NCBI GenBank assembly: GCA_964202905.1
Contig: CAXNJO010000012.1
Span: 64,001 to 128,000, forward strand
Direction of reading: 5' to 3'
Length of the DNA: 64,000 nucleotides
Source of the DNA: Polyangiales bacterium
GTDB taxonomy: Bacteria > Myxococcota_A > Polyangia > Polyangiales > JADJQN01
The notes below the pieces were generated by a model that did not search any database, had not been told where the DNA came from, and saw only the letters and a list, made by a program, of their open reading frames with translations. Of the stretch, positions 20,018 to 33,157 are shown one piece after another (within the stretch, counting starts at the first letter, position 1; each line of letters starts with the position of its first letter). The position numbers and the translations under genes are program-made.

Positions 20018-22288
20018 ATGACCCTCCGCCTGCCCCGCCCGCTCCGGCCCGCGCTCACCGCGCTGCTCCCGCTCGCCGCCCTCGGGGCCGGGGCGCTCAC
20101 CGCGCACGCCGTCACGACGCGCACCTTCGTCGTCGAGGACCACACGGGCTTCGCCGCCGGCGAGCTGACGCGCGCGGCGGCCTTCTCCGACGGGACCGTG
20201 CGCGCCTCGGTCGACGTGCGACGCCTGCCCCTCGCGGACACCTCGGTCGCCTGGTCGCTCGCGCGCGCGGCGGACGGCACCGCGTACATCGGGACGGGCA
20301 ACGACGGCCGCATCTGGCGCCTGCGCGGCGACGAGCTCGCGCCCTTCGCGGAGACGGGCCAGCTCGTCGTCTCCTCGCTCGCGCTCACCGACGACGGCAC
20401 CCTCTACGCCGGCACGCTCCCCGAGGGCCGCATCTTCGCCGTCGACACGCGCGCGACGGCCCCCGTCACCGCGCGCCCGCTCGCGCAGCCCGCCGGCGCG
20501 CAGCACGTCTGGGCGCTCCGCTGGGACCCGCGCCGCCGCACCCTCTTCGCGGGCACCGGCCCCGAGGGCAAGGTCTTCGCGGTCTCGCCGCAGGGGCAGG
20601 CCGAGGTCTGGCTCGACGCGGAGCCCGCGCACGTCATGAGCCTCGCGCTCGAGCCGGGCGGTCCCCTCTACGCGGGCACGAGCGACGGCGCGCTCGTCCT
20701 CAAGGTGACCGCGGCGGGCCGCAGCGAGGTGCTCTTCGATCTGCCGGGCACCGAGGTCGACGCGCTCGCGTTGCGCGACGGCACGCTCGCGGCCGTCGCG
20801 AACGAGTTCCCCGAGCCGCCCGGCGCGATGGCCCCCCCCGCGTCGCCGTCCCCCGCGACCTCGGCCCGCCCGACCCCGCCGCGCGCCCGCGCCGGCAAGG
20901 GCAAGGTCTTCCACCTCGATCCCGACGGCCGCGCCGAGCTCGTGCTCTCGAGCGACGACGGCCACTTCACCAGCGTCGAGCTCACGGCGGACGGCACCAC
21001 CTACGCGGGCTCCGGCAAGGATGGCCGCGTGCTCCGTGTGCTGCCTGATCACTCGACGGCGACGTGGATCGACGTCGACGAGCGGCAGGTCCTCGCGATC
21101 GACCTCGGCGGCGCCGATCCGCTCTTCGTCACCGGCGACGTCGCCGCCGTCTACCGCGTCGCGCCGGGCACGCCCGCGCAGGCCGAGTGGACCAGCAAGG
21201 TGCTCGACGCCGGCGTCCGCGCGCGCTTCGGGCAGCTCACGTTCCGCGGCGAGGGCGCGCTCGCGGTGCAGACGCGCTCGGGCAACACGGAGCGCCAGGA
21301 CACCACGTGGAGCGAGTGGTCGGCCACGACGACCTCGCCCGGCCCGATCCGCAGCCCCGCTGCGCGCTTCCTGCAGATCCGCGCGCGCCTCGGCGCGCCC
21401 GACGCCCTCCTCCGCAGCGTGACGGCCTGGTATCTCCCGCAGAACCAGCGCGCGTCGGTGCGCGACGTCGCGATGGCCCCGCACCGCGCAGGCCGCGACG
21501 CGAGCGCCGCCGACGACGTCCCCGCCCCCTCGACGCAGTACCGCATCTCGTGGCGCGTGGAGAACCCCGACGGCGACCGCCTGCGCTTCCGCGTCGCCTT
21601 CCGCAGCGAGGCGGGCGCGCCGGAGCAGCAGGTCTGGCGTGAGATCCTGCGCGAGAGCGACGTCCACACCCGCCTCGAACACACCTGGGAGACGAGCGGC
21701 GTGCCCGACGGCTGGTACCGCCTGCGGGTCCGCGCGACGGACGAGCCCGCCAACCCAGCGCCCTACGCGCTCGAGCACACCGCGGAGTCCGGCCCCGTGC
21801 TCGTCGACAACCACGCGCCGCGCCTCGAGCCCCTCACCCCCTCGGGCACCACGCTGCGCGGCCGCGCGATCGACGACGCTTCCGCGATCGCGCGCCTCGA
21901 GCTGAGCGTCGACGGCGGCGAGTGGCACCTCTTCTTCCCCGACGACGACCTCCTCGACACGCAGGCCGAGTCCTTCACGCTCGACCTCACCGCGCTCGCG
22001 CTCTCGCCGGGCACGCACGTCCTCGCCGTCCGCGCCCTCGACGGCGGCGGCAACGCGGCGAGCGTCGATGCCGTCGTGCGCGATCGCCCGAGCCGACCGC
22101 GACCGGGCCGACCGCGACCGGCGCCGCGACCGGGCGCATTCGTCGCTGAGGATTCCGACGCGACGCTGCCGGACGCCGCGTTCACGTCACCGCAGCATCG
22201 GCCGCGCGGCGAAGAAGAATGGGGCTCGCGTAGCGTGAAGCGGCGTGCTAGGGACGCAGCTTGCTTGAACGTCATTCAACGCGCGTGA
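20018..22288 (+). CDS. Secreted beta-propeller (WD40/PQQ-like) protein with Ig/Fn3-like C-terminal domains
   Basis: From ATG at 20018 within ORF 18059..22288; repeated (Y/F)(A/I)GT..(D/E)G(R/K)(I/V) blades; TRSGNT..WSEWS; DGWYRLRVRATD; VDN.AP; true C-terminus may be shorter. Confidence 0.82.
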   Translation: MTLRLPRPLRPALTALLPLAALGAGALTAHAVTTRTFVVEDHTGFAAGELTRAAAFSDGTVRASVDVRRLPLADTSVAWSLARAADGTAYIGTGNDGRIWRLRGDELAPFAETGQLVVSSLALTDDGTLYAGTLPEGRIFAVDTRATAPVTARPLAQPAGAQHVWALRWDPRRRTLFAGTGPEGKVFAVSPQGQAEVWLDAEPAHVMSLALEPGGPLYAGTSDGALVLKVTAAGRSEVLFDLPGTEVDALALRDGTLAAVANEFPEPPGAMAPPASPSPATSARPTPPRARAGKGKVFHLDPDGRAELVLSSDDGHFTSVELTADGTTYAGSGKDGRVLRVLPDHSTATWIDVDERQVLAIDLGGADPLFVTGDVAAVYRVAPGTPAQAEWTSKVLDAGVRARFGQLTFRGEGALAVQTRSGNTERQDTTWSEWSATTTSPGPIRSPAARFLQIRARLGAPDALLRSVTAWYLPQNQRASVRDVAMAPHRAGRDASAADDVPAPSTQYRISWRVENPDGDRLRFRVAFRSEAGAPEQQVWREILRESDVHTRLEHTWETSGVPDGWYRLRVRATDEPANPAPYALEHTAESGPVLVDNHAPRLEPLTPSGTTLRGRAIDDASAIARLELSVDGGEWHLFFPDDDLLDTQAESFTLDLTALALSPGTHVLAVRALDGGGNAASVDAVVRDRPSRPRPGRPRPAPRPGAFVAEDSDATLPDAAFTSPQHRPRGEEEWGSRSVKRRARDAACLNVIQRA

Positions 22289-22361
22289 TACAAGCAGCCC
22301 CGCGCCCGAAGGCTCCCGGCTCGGCATCACGGGCGGCGAAACTCAGGAGACAGGTAGGAAC

Positions 22362-23333
22362 ATGAACTTCAAGAAACTGCTCGTGTGTGCGGGTCTCGTC
22401 AGTGTCTCGGCTTTCGGTGTCGGCTGCGGTGGCGATGACGACGGCGGCACGACGCCGCCCCCGCCGCCGCCGCCGCCCCCCGCCTGCACCGCGGCGGATC
22501 TCGCCTCGGGCATGTCGAAGGTCTACGTGATCAACGTCCTGTCGCTCGCGGGCCCCGAGGGTGACGCGCCCCCGTTCACCTCGGCGGGCTACAACGTCGA
22601 CAGCGACGCCGCGGTCGCGTGCAACATGCACGTCCCCGGCGAGACGGCCGAGTTCGCGGGCCAGGCCCCCGACAACGGCAGCGGCATCGACAACGCGCTC
22701 GGCGGCGACCTCGGCAACCTCGCGAACTCCTCGCTGCAGGACAGCGTCGACGACGCGAGCGTCCTCCTCCTCGTCGAGGTCAAGGGCGTCGACAACTTCA
22801 CCAACGACAACTGCGTCGGCGTGAACTTCTTCCTCGGCGCGCTGCCCGCCGGCACGATGGCCCCGATGCTCGGCGCGGACGGCCACATCGCCCCCGGCCA
22901 GACCTTCGACCTCTCGGCTGACTCCTTCGCGGACGGCATGGCGGGCACGATGCCGCGCATCCAGTTCGGCTCGGCGCGCATCGTCGCGGGCCGCCTCCAG
23001 GCAGGCCCGGCCGACTTCCCGCTCGCGCTCAACCTCCTCGGCGCCGAGCTCAACCTCACCATCAAGGACGCGCAGCTCCGCTTCGACATCACCGAGTCGA
23101 CGATGTCGGTCGGCGTGCTCGGCGGCTCGCTCAACACCGCGCAGGTCATCATGACCGTCAACAGCATCCCGGACCTCGCGATGTACGCGTCGGTCGTCGA
23201 GGACACCCTCACGGGCCTCGCGGACATCGACGAGAACGGCAGCCCCGACAGCTGCGAGGCGGGCTCCATCGCGCTCAAGCTGAGCGGCGTGTCAGCGACC
23301 CGCGGCGCGGTCGTCGCCGGCGCGGCGCCGTGA
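22362..23333 (+). CDS. Acidic lipoprotein of unknown function
   Basis: RBS aggaa, lipobox GVGC, poly-Pro linker, GIDNALG motif, Asp/Asn-rich. Confidence 0.85.
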   Translation: MNFKKLLVCAGLVSVSAFGVGCGGDDDGGTTPPPPPPPPPACTAADLASGMSKVYVINVLSLAGPEGDAPPFTSAGYNVDSDAAVACNMHVPGETAEFAGQAPDNGSGIDNALGGDLGNLANSSLQDSVDDASVLLLVEVKGVDNFTNDNCVGVNFFLGALPAGTMAPMLGADGHIAPGQTFDLSADSFADGMAGTMPRIQFGSARIVAGRLQAGPADFPLALNLLGAELNLTIKDAQLRFDITESTMSVGVLGGSLNTAQVIMTVNSIPDLAMYASVVEDTLTGLADIDENGSPDSCEAGSIALKLSGVSATRGAVVAGAAP

Positions 23334-23402
23334 GTGGTGCGACGCGCGCCGCCTGCGGGCGCGCGCACTGAGCCTCCCCCACCGGGAGGCCGGCGCGACG
23401 AG

Positions 23403-23436
23403 ACGGGAGGCCCGCGAGGGTCTCCCGTTTTGCTTT
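23403..23436 (+). terminator. Rho-independent terminator
   Basis: acgggaggccc-gcga-gggtctcccgt followed by tttgcttt. Confidence 0.8.
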
Positions 23437-23656
23437 CCGTCGGGCGCCGCGCCGGCGAATCACCGTCCTCCCTCCGACACGCCGACGGCTCCGCCGCCGT
23501 GCGCCGCAACGTGTGATCGGGGGCTGTACCCCACGGCTTCCGCCCCCCGAGGTGTGCGCGGGTCCCGCCGCGCGGCACACCAAAATCACGCACGGGCCCC
23601 AATACGCGGTTGATCCCCGGCGTCGCAGCCCCGAGAATCGCGCGCGGAGGCAGCCG

Positions 23657-26499
23657 ATGGGAATCCCGAGCCCCGATGGGGGCGCGAAGCAACAGGGCGG
23701 AGGCGGGGGCGGTGCGGGGGGTCGGCCTCCCGAACGCGTGATCCCCTTCGGCAAATACCAGCTGCTCGAGCGCGTGAGCGTCGGCGGCATGGCGGAGGTC
23801 TTCAAGGCCAAGAGCTTCGGCATCGAGGGCTTCGAGAAGATCCTCGCGGTCAAGCGGATCCTGCCGACGATGGCCGAGGACGGCGACTTCATCGAGATGT
23901 TCATCGATGAGGCGAAGATCGCCGGCCAACTGAGCCACGCCAACATCTGCCCGATCTACGAGCTCGGGAAGGTCGGCGACTCGCACTACATCGCGATGGA
24001 GTTCGTCTGGGGCAAGGACCTGCTCCAGCTGATGAACCGCTTCCGCAAGATGCGGAAGCACATGCCGCCGGCGATGGTGGCGTGGATCGGCGCGAAGGTC
24101 TGCGAAGGCCTCGATTACGCGCACCGCAAGCGCGATCGCAACGGCAACCCGATGAACATCATCCATCGGGACATGTCACCGCAGAACGTCCTCGTCTCGT
24201 ACGAGGGTCAGGTCAAGATCATCGACTTCGGCATCGCCAAGGCCGCGTCGCGGACGACGAAGACGCAGGCCGGCGTGCTTAAGGGCAAGTTCGGCTACAT
24301 GAGCCCCGAGCAGGTGCGCGGGCTGCCGGTCGACGCGCGCAGCGACCTCTTCGCCATCGGCACGTGCATGCACGAGATGTCGACGGGCGAGCGCCTCTTC
24401 CTCGGTGAGAGCGACTTCACGACCCTCGAGAAGGTGCGCAACGCCGAGGTGCCGCCGCCCTCGCGCGGGCTGCAGGATTACCCGCCCGAGCTCGAGCGGA
24501 TCGTCATGAAGGCGCTCACGCTCGACGTGGGCGATCGCTGGAGCAGCGCCGCGGAGATGCAGGAGGCGCTGCAGCGCTTCCTCGCCTCGCAGAAGCCGCC
24601 CTACGGCACCTCGAAGCTCGCCGCGTGGATGAAGACGGCCTTCGCCGCCGAGCTCGCCGCCGAGAAGGAGCGCATGCAGGCATACCAGACGGCCGCCCGC
24701 ACGGCACCGCCGTCGGCGCCCCCCGCTGCGCCCGCCGGCCTCCCACGCCCGCGCATGCCCGCGATGCTGGGCCTCGGCGGCGCGCCCGCGCTCGACGCGC
24801 CCACGCTCCGACCGCCGCTTCGCAAGGCGGCCGCCGCGCCCGCGGCCGTCGCGCCGATGGAGACGTCACAGCTCGACACCGCCGACCTCGCCGCCGCCGA
24901 CGAGGACATGGACGAGCTCGCCGGCGAGAAGACGATGGTCGGCTCGTCGCTCTTCGACGACGACGCCGGCCCGACGACGGACCTCCCCGAGCAGCCCACC
25001 CAGATCTTTTTCAGCGCGGACGAACTCGTCGAAGCCGAGGCGCCCGCGGCACCGCGGCCGTCGTCGGGATCCGGCGCCGCCGGGGTCGAGGTCGCGCACG
25101 GCGAACTCTTCGGCGCCGCGCCCGCCGCGGCGCAGCGCGTTTTCCCCGCCCCGCAAGCGCGCGCCTCGCTCCGCCCGGCGCCCCAGGCAGCCCCCGCCTT
25201 CCAGCCGCCCGCGCCGGCCGCGCAGTCGTCGCCCACCTTCCAGCCGCCCGCGCCTGCCTTCCAGCCGCCGCAGGCCCCGCTCTTCGTGGGGTCCGAGCCC
25301 CACGGTGCGGCGCCGGGTCTCCCCTTCAACCCGCAGCAGCCGCTCACCGGCTACGCCCCCCCCGCGGGACCCGTCACACCGCACGGCTTCGCCTCGCCGC
25401 CGAGCGCCGCCAAACCCGCGCCGCAGTCCGGCGGGCGCGGCCAGCTCGTGGCCATCGCGCTCGCGGCGGTGGTGCTCATCGCGGCGGGCGCGGGCATCGC
25501 GGTGCTGCTCTTCGGTCGTCCCGCCGGCGGGACGGTCGAGGTGCAGACGATCCCCGCCGTCCCGGGCGACATCTACGTCGACGGGACGCTCCTCGGGCAG
25601 GCGCCGAAGCGACTCGAGCCCGTGCCGCCCGGCGAGCACGTCATCGAGGTGCGCGCAGCCGGCTACACGCCTGCGCTGCGCCGCGTGACCGTCACCGCCG
25701 GCAACACGATGATGATGGAGATCGCGATGATCGCGTCGGCGCCGGCCGCCGCGCCGCCCAGCGCGCTCGCTCTCGGCGCTGGCCCCAGCCCCGCGCCGCT
25801 CGGCGTCGTCTCGCCGCTCCCCGGCCTGCCCATGCCCGCCGCCCCGCTCCCGCCGGACCCGATGGCGCAGCTCCCAGGGGCGCTGCTCCCCGGTGCGCCA
25901 CTTCCCGGTGCGCTGCTTCCCGGTGCGCCGCCCGCCGGTGCAGCGAGCCCGGCCGTCGCCGCCATCGTCCCGCCGGCCCCCGCACCGGCGCCCACGCCGA
26001 TGCCCCTCGCGCTGCCGCCGGTCCCCACCCCGGCCCCCACAGCCCCGCGCCCGCGGCCGCCGCACCGACGCCCGTCCCTGCCCCGCCGCGCGCCGCTGCG
26101 CAGGTTCCCGCGCAACCAGCCTCCGCCCCGCAGCGGGCGGCCGCGCCGACGCCGGCCCCCGCGCGAGCACCGACGCCCCTGCCTTCGCGCGCCGAGCCAC
26201 TCCGGGCCGCCCCCGAGCGGACGGCCCCGACGCGCACTGCGCCGACCCGCACGGCCCCCGAGGCGGCGCCCGAGCCGAGCAGCGCGCGTGGCGGCATGGG
26301 CACGCTCGCGATCAGCACCCAGCCCTGGGCGCGCGTCTTCCTGGACGGGCGCGACACCCGGCGCGACACCCCCGTCCGCGACCTCCGCGCGCGCGCCGGA
26401 CACCACACGATCGGGCTCCGCAAGCCCGATGGATCGATGGTCAACGTCGAGGTCGACGTCGTCGCCAACGAGACGACGACCGTCATCCGCCGGCTCTGA
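23657..26499 (+). CDS. Hanks-type Ser/Thr protein kinase with TM helix and PEGA domains (frameshift near 26045)
   Basis: GGMAEVF, AVK, HRDMSPQN, DFG, YMSPEQ, DLFAIG; TM; PEGA domain; second PEGA (GTLAISTQPWARVFLDG) in frame of ORF 24625..26499. Confidence 0.93.
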
Positions 26500-26612
26500 T
26501 CGGCCCCCTTCGTCGCCGTCCGCGCTGAATCGCCATTCAGCGCCGGCGCGCTCCGACCGGCGCAGCGTGCGGCAGGTGCGGCAGCGCGGGCGGCCACGAG
26601 CAGCGCGCCCGG

Positions 26613-27881
26613 TCAGCGCTTCGTGCGCGGGGCGCGGGGCGGCGCGGGCGGTGTGAGGCTCGCGCGGCCCGCCGGCGCCGCCGGAGGCACGCTCGCGCGG
26701 GGCGGCGCGGGCGGCGTCAGGCTCGTGCGGCCCGCTGGCGGCGCGGGAGGGACGCTCGCGCGCGTCCCGGGCGAGCTCGCGCGCTGCGCGGAGCGGCCGA
26801 GTTCGCGGCGCGTCGGCGCGGCCGTCCCGAGTTTCAGGCGCCGCATGACGGCGACCTTCTGACGGTCCTTGTAGGCCGCGTGACTCGCGTCGCCGAGCTC
26901 GTTGCCCTGCTCGGTCTCGCGATCGATGACCTGGAACTCCGTCTGCGCGAACACGACGGAGCCGAGAGCGCGCGCGCCCGGCGGGGCCTGCTCGAGCAGC
27001 GCCGGCGGCACGCGCAGGGGCATGTCCACGACGAAGTGCGTGACCCGGTAGGTCGAGGCCGTGAAGCGGTTGTCGAGCGTGCTCTGCAGGTCCTCGGTCT
27101 CGAGCGGCATCTGCAGGCGTGGCAACAGCGCGCGCAGGTGCGGGTTCGACTCGCTGTACGAGCGGAAGTGCAGCAGCGTGTTCGTCGACTGCCCGGGGAT
27201 CACGTAGTTGAACGGGAAGACGTGACGCATCAAGTAGTTCAGCGTCGGGAAGATGTCGTCCGGCGTGCGTGTGACGATGCGGAAGCGGACCTTGTCGTAG
27301 ATCTGCGCCGCGAGGACCTCGCGCTTCGAGAGCAGCTTCGTGTAGAGGCTGTCCTTGTTTTTTCGGCCGCCGATGAACTCGAGGATCGGGAAGCCCCGCG
27401 CGAGCATGCCGCCGATCACGCGATAGACCTTCTCCTCAACGAGGTGGAAGATCTCCTGGTCGGACACGGGCAGCATGAAGAGCAGCTCGCGCGCCTCGAG
27501 ATGATGGATGATGTGCATCAGCTTGAGGATCGTGCAGGCGCAGAGCTGCCGATGCCCCGTGCCGCTCGCCAACATCAGCAACCCGACGAGGTCGAGCTGC
27601 GCGACGGGCTTGGGCACCGGGAAGTCGAAGTTGCGGCGCAGATAGCTGATGGCCGCGTCGCGCACGGCCTCGATGCGCGCGCGGTCGGCCGGGTCGTCGA
27701 GCCGGAACTCCTGCGCGGCCGCGAACTCGCGAGCCTCGCGCTCCGAGGCGAAGTTCAGCCGGTGCCAGTCGATGACGGAGCCGCCGCGGAGCAGCACGCG
27801 CACGCCCTCGAGGTCGGAGAGCGAGAAGCGCTCGAGGGCGCGGAACTCGTGGACGGGATCGACCTCGGCCGGAGGGGTCAT
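26613..27881 (-). CDS. TIGR04552-like protein with a RelA/SpoT synthetase-like nucleotidyltransferase domain
   Basis: N-terminal LLRGGSVIDWHRL; GGRKNKDSLYTKLL, IYDKVRFRIV, YRVTH, TEFQV; family recalled from memory. Confidence 0.8.
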   Translation of the reverse strand: MTPPAEVDPVHEFRALERFSLSDLEGVRVLLRGGSVIDWHRLNFASEREAREFAAAQEFRLDDPADRARIEAVRDAAISYLRRNFDFPVPKPVAQLDLVGLLMLASGTGHRQLCACTILKLMHIIHHLEARELLFMLPVSDQEIFHLVEEKVYRVIGGMLARGFPILEFIGGRKNKDSLYTKLLSKREVLAAQIYDKVRFRIVTRTPDDIFPTLNYLMRHVFPFNYVIPGQSTNTLLHFRSYSESNPHLRALLPRLQMPLETEDLQSTLDNRFTASTYRVTHFVVDMPLRVPPALLEQAPPGARALGSVVFAQTEFQVIDRETEQGNELGDASHAAYKDRQKVAVMRRLKLGTAAPTRRELGRSAQRASSPGTRASVPPAPPAGRTSLTPPAPPRASVPPAAPAGRASLTPPAPPRAPRTKR

Positions 27882-27900
27882 CGGCCGAAGATAAACGACC

Positions 27901-28092
27901 TCAGGTGTTCTTGCTGCCGCTTGCGCTGCGCGTCGCGGCGCTGCGGGCATCGGCGCTGCGGCCGAGCGTGAGCGTCCCGTAGAAGATGCCGACCGTCATG
28001 CCGAGCACGATGAGGTTCCCGACGAACGCGCCGTTGCAGCCCGCGAGCGCGAGCGTGGTGAAGAGGAGCGTGAAAGTCGTGGTCCGCGTCAT
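27901..28092 (-). CDS. Small (63 aa) lipoprotein/membrane peptide
   Basis: MTRTTTFTLLFTTLALAGC lipobox followed by hydrophobic helix GAFVGNLIVLGMTVGIFYGTL; gaggga RBS upstream. Confidence 0.65.
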   Translation of the reverse strand: MTRTTTFTLLFTTLALAGCNGAFVGNLIVLGMTVGIFYGTLTLGRSADARSAATRSASGSKNT

Positions 28093-28326
28093 GCGCTGTC
28101 TCCCTCGGGGGCTGCCCGGTTGATGCAGGGTGGTGTAGGACACCATCGTACAGATCGCCGGGCGGGGGCCAATTTCTATCAAACGACCTCGCTGGGCGCC
28201 AGCGCGATCGGCGGCGACGCGGCCTCGACCCCGCACGGTGTCGCGCCCCTCCGGCACGCGTCCGGCGCTGCCCGGCGGGTGCTCACGCTTGCGCCGGCCC
28301 GTGGGGGAGGGGACACTGCGACGCCC

Positions 28327-30702
<2,376 letters not shown>

Positions 30703-30705
30703 GCC

Positions 30706-32988
30706 TTGCGGACGCTCTTCAGGCTGCGCAGCCTCCGGGTCGCGCTCGCCTTGGGCGCGCTCGCTGGGCTGGTCCTCGCCGCGCTCCCGCTCGCGGGCAC
30801 GCTCGGCCCCGAGAGCGCGCTCGTCCTCGCGCTGCTGCTCGCGCCTCCATGCGCGGCGCTCGGCGCCGCCGTCGTCCAAGACGCGCGGCGCCGCGGCGTC
30901 GCCGAGCCGACCGCGACGCTCGTCGCCCGCGCGCTCGGCGGCGCGATCGGCGTGGTCGCCGTGCCGCTCGGCCTGCTGCTGCTGAACCTGCTGCGCATGC
31001 CAGCCTGCGCGCCGCTCGCGGGCCTCGGCTTCGAGCTGATCGGCCCCGTCGCGGGCGTGCTCGTCGCCGCGACGCTCGGCATCTGGGCGGGCACGCTCGG
31101 GCGCACGCCGCGGGGCGCCGTGCTCGTCGCCGCAGCGCTGCCCATCGGCGAGATGCTGCTCGCGCTCCATCGCTTCCGCGCGAGCCCCGCGATCTTCGCG
31201 TACGGACACGTCTTCGGCTGGTTTCCCGGCACGCTCTACGACGAGGGCACGCACATCGGCTCCCCCTTCGTCGCGCTGCGCGTCGGTTCGCTCGCGCTCG
31301 TCGGTGCGCTGATCGCGGCACACGCGGCGCTCGTCGACCCCCTCACGCAGCGCGTCTCGCGCGCGCAGGCCGCGCGGCACCCCGGGCGCCTCGGCCTCGC
31401 CCTCCTCCTTCTCGCGGGCTTCGTCGCCGTCGAGGGCCACGCGGAGGCCCTCGGCCTGCGCGCGAGCGCCGCATCGATCCGCGGCGTACTCGGCGGGCGC
31501 GCCGACGCCGGACGCTGCACGGCGATCGTCCCGCGCGAACTCCCGCGCGCCGAGGCGGCGCTGCTCGCGGAGGACTGCGCGTTCCGCCTGACGCAGCTCG
31601 AGCGGACGCTCGGCGTCCGGCCGGGCGGGCGTGTGACGGCCTATTTCTTCCGCAACACCGAGGAGAAGCGCGCGCAGATGGGCGCTGGCGATACGTACAT
31701 CGCGAAGCCCTGGCGCCGTGAGGTCTACCTGCAACTCGGCGAGTGGCCACACCCGGTCCTCGCGCACGAACTCGCCCACGTCGTCGCCGGCGACGCGGCG
31801 AGCGGGCCGTTCCGCGTGGGCGGCTCGCTCGGCGGGTTGCTCCCGGACGCCGGGATGATCGAGGGCGTCGCGGTCGCCCTCGCCTGGGCAGAGCGCGACG
31901 GCCTGACACCACACGAGTGGGCGCGCGCGATGCTCGCGCTCGGCATCGCCCCGACGATCGACGCGACGCGCGGGTTGGCCTTCCTCCTCGAGCCCGCCGG
32001 GCGCGCGTACACGATCTCCGGCTCCTTCTACCGATTCGTGCTCGACCGCTACGGCGCGGGCGTGGTGCGACGCGCCTACCGATCGGGCGATCTGGCGGGC
32101 GCGGCCGGCAAGCCGATCGCCGCGCTCGCGCGCGAGTGGCGCGCCTTCCTCGCCGCTTCGCCCCTCCCCGACGAGGCACTCGCGCTCGCGCGGCTCCGCT
32201 TCGCGCGTGGCGCGATCTTCGCCCGCCCCTGCCCCCACCGCGTCGCCCAACTGCGGGCGCGCCTCGGGGCGGATCTCGCCGCCAACGACCCCGTGCGCGC
32301 GGTCGCGACCTGCCGCGAAGTGCTCACGCTCGACCCGGCCGACACGGGCACGCGCGCCGTCCTCGCCGCGACGCTCGCACGCGGCGGACACCCCGACGCG
32401 GCCGCGCGCGAGTTGGACGCCCTCGCGCGACGCTGGGGTGCCCCGACGCCGCTGCTCGCCGCCGCGCGCGAGTCGATCGCCGACGCAGCCTGGCGACGCG
32501 GTGATCGCGCCGGCGCCCTGCATGCGCTGAGCGCCCTCGCGCGCGAGCCGCGCTCCGAGGACGCCCGCCGCGTGCTCGAGGTCAAGCTGCTCGCGCTGCG
32601 CGCCGGCGGACGACAGGCCGATCTGCTCGGGCAACTGCTGGCCGCCGAGATCGCGCCCGACGGTGCGTGGGCCGTGCACCTCGCGCGCGCGCTCGCTGGG
32701 GAGCGACGCGACGGCCTCCCCGCCTACCTCGAGGCGCGCCAGCTCGCGGCCGCACGACACCACGCCGAAGCCGCCGCGCTGCTCGCGCGCGCGCTCACGC
32801 TCGGATTGCCCACCCACCTCCTCACGCGTGAGGCAGAGCGCCTCCGGGCGACGAGCCTCTGGGCCGCCGGCGCCCACGCCGAGAGCGCGCGACGCTGGGC
32901 CGACATCGCCGCGCAGGCCGAGCTCCCCGAGGCCGCCCGGACCGAGGCGCGCGACTGGCTCGTGCGCGCACGCCTCACCGCGCGCTGA
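30706..32988 (+). CDS. Multi-TM protein with HExxH (MA clan) metallopeptidase-like domain and TPR-like helical C-terminus
   Basis: About 6-7 TM helices, then LAHELAHVV...IEGVAV (gluzincin-like), Ala-rich helical repeats; 3 bp after lon. Confidence 0.72.
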   Translation: MRTLFRLRSLRVALALGALAGLVLAALPLAGTLGPESALVLALLLAPPCAALGAAVVQDARRRGVAEPTATLVARALGGAIGVVAVPLGLLLLNLLRMPACAPLAGLGFELIGPVAGVLVAATLGIWAGTLGRTPRGAVLVAAALPIGEMLLALHRFRASPAIFAYGHVFGWFPGTLYDEGTHIGSPFVALRVGSLALVGALIAAHAALVDPLTQRVSRAQAARHPGRLGLALLLLAGFVAVEGHAEALGLRASAASIRGVLGGRADAGRCTAIVPRELPRAEAALLAEDCAFRLTQLERTLGVRPGGRVTAYFFRNTEEKRAQMGAGDTYIAKPWRREVYLQLGEWPHPVLAHELAHVVAGDAASGPFRVGGSLGGLLPDAGMIEGVAVALAWAERDGLTPHEWARAMLALGIAPTIDATRGLAFLLEPAGRAYTISGSFYRFVLDRYGAGVVRRAYRSGDLAGAAGKPIAALAREWRAFLAASPLPDEALALARLRFARGAIFARPCPHRVAQLRARLGADLAANDPVRAVATCREVLTLDPADTGTRAVLAATLARGGHPDAAARELDALARRWGAPTPLLAAARESIADAAWRRGDRAGALHALSALAREPRSEDARRVLEVKLLALRAGGRQADLLGQLLAAEIAPDGAWAVHLARALAGERRDGLPAYLEARQLAAARHHAEAAALLARALTLGLPTHLLTREAERLRATSLWAAGAHAESARRWADIAAQAELPEAARTEARDWLVRARLTAR

Positions 32989-33157
32989 GCGCGCGACAGC
33001 GGTTCCCGACCGCCGCGCCCTGCCCCCCGCGCGCCAAGCACCACTGCGAGCCATTCCCTCGCTGCCGCCCACGCACCGCACGGACGCCCTCGGACGTGGT
33101 GTCTCTGGAGGATATGTGCCACTGGCGCGGCCGCCCGGGCCCGCGACCCGCGTGCCG

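Noticed and set aside
18059..22288. One 1409-aa giant protein
   Set aside because: The N-terminal half is an off-frame shadow of the S55 gene; the real gene starts at about 20018 with a signal peptide
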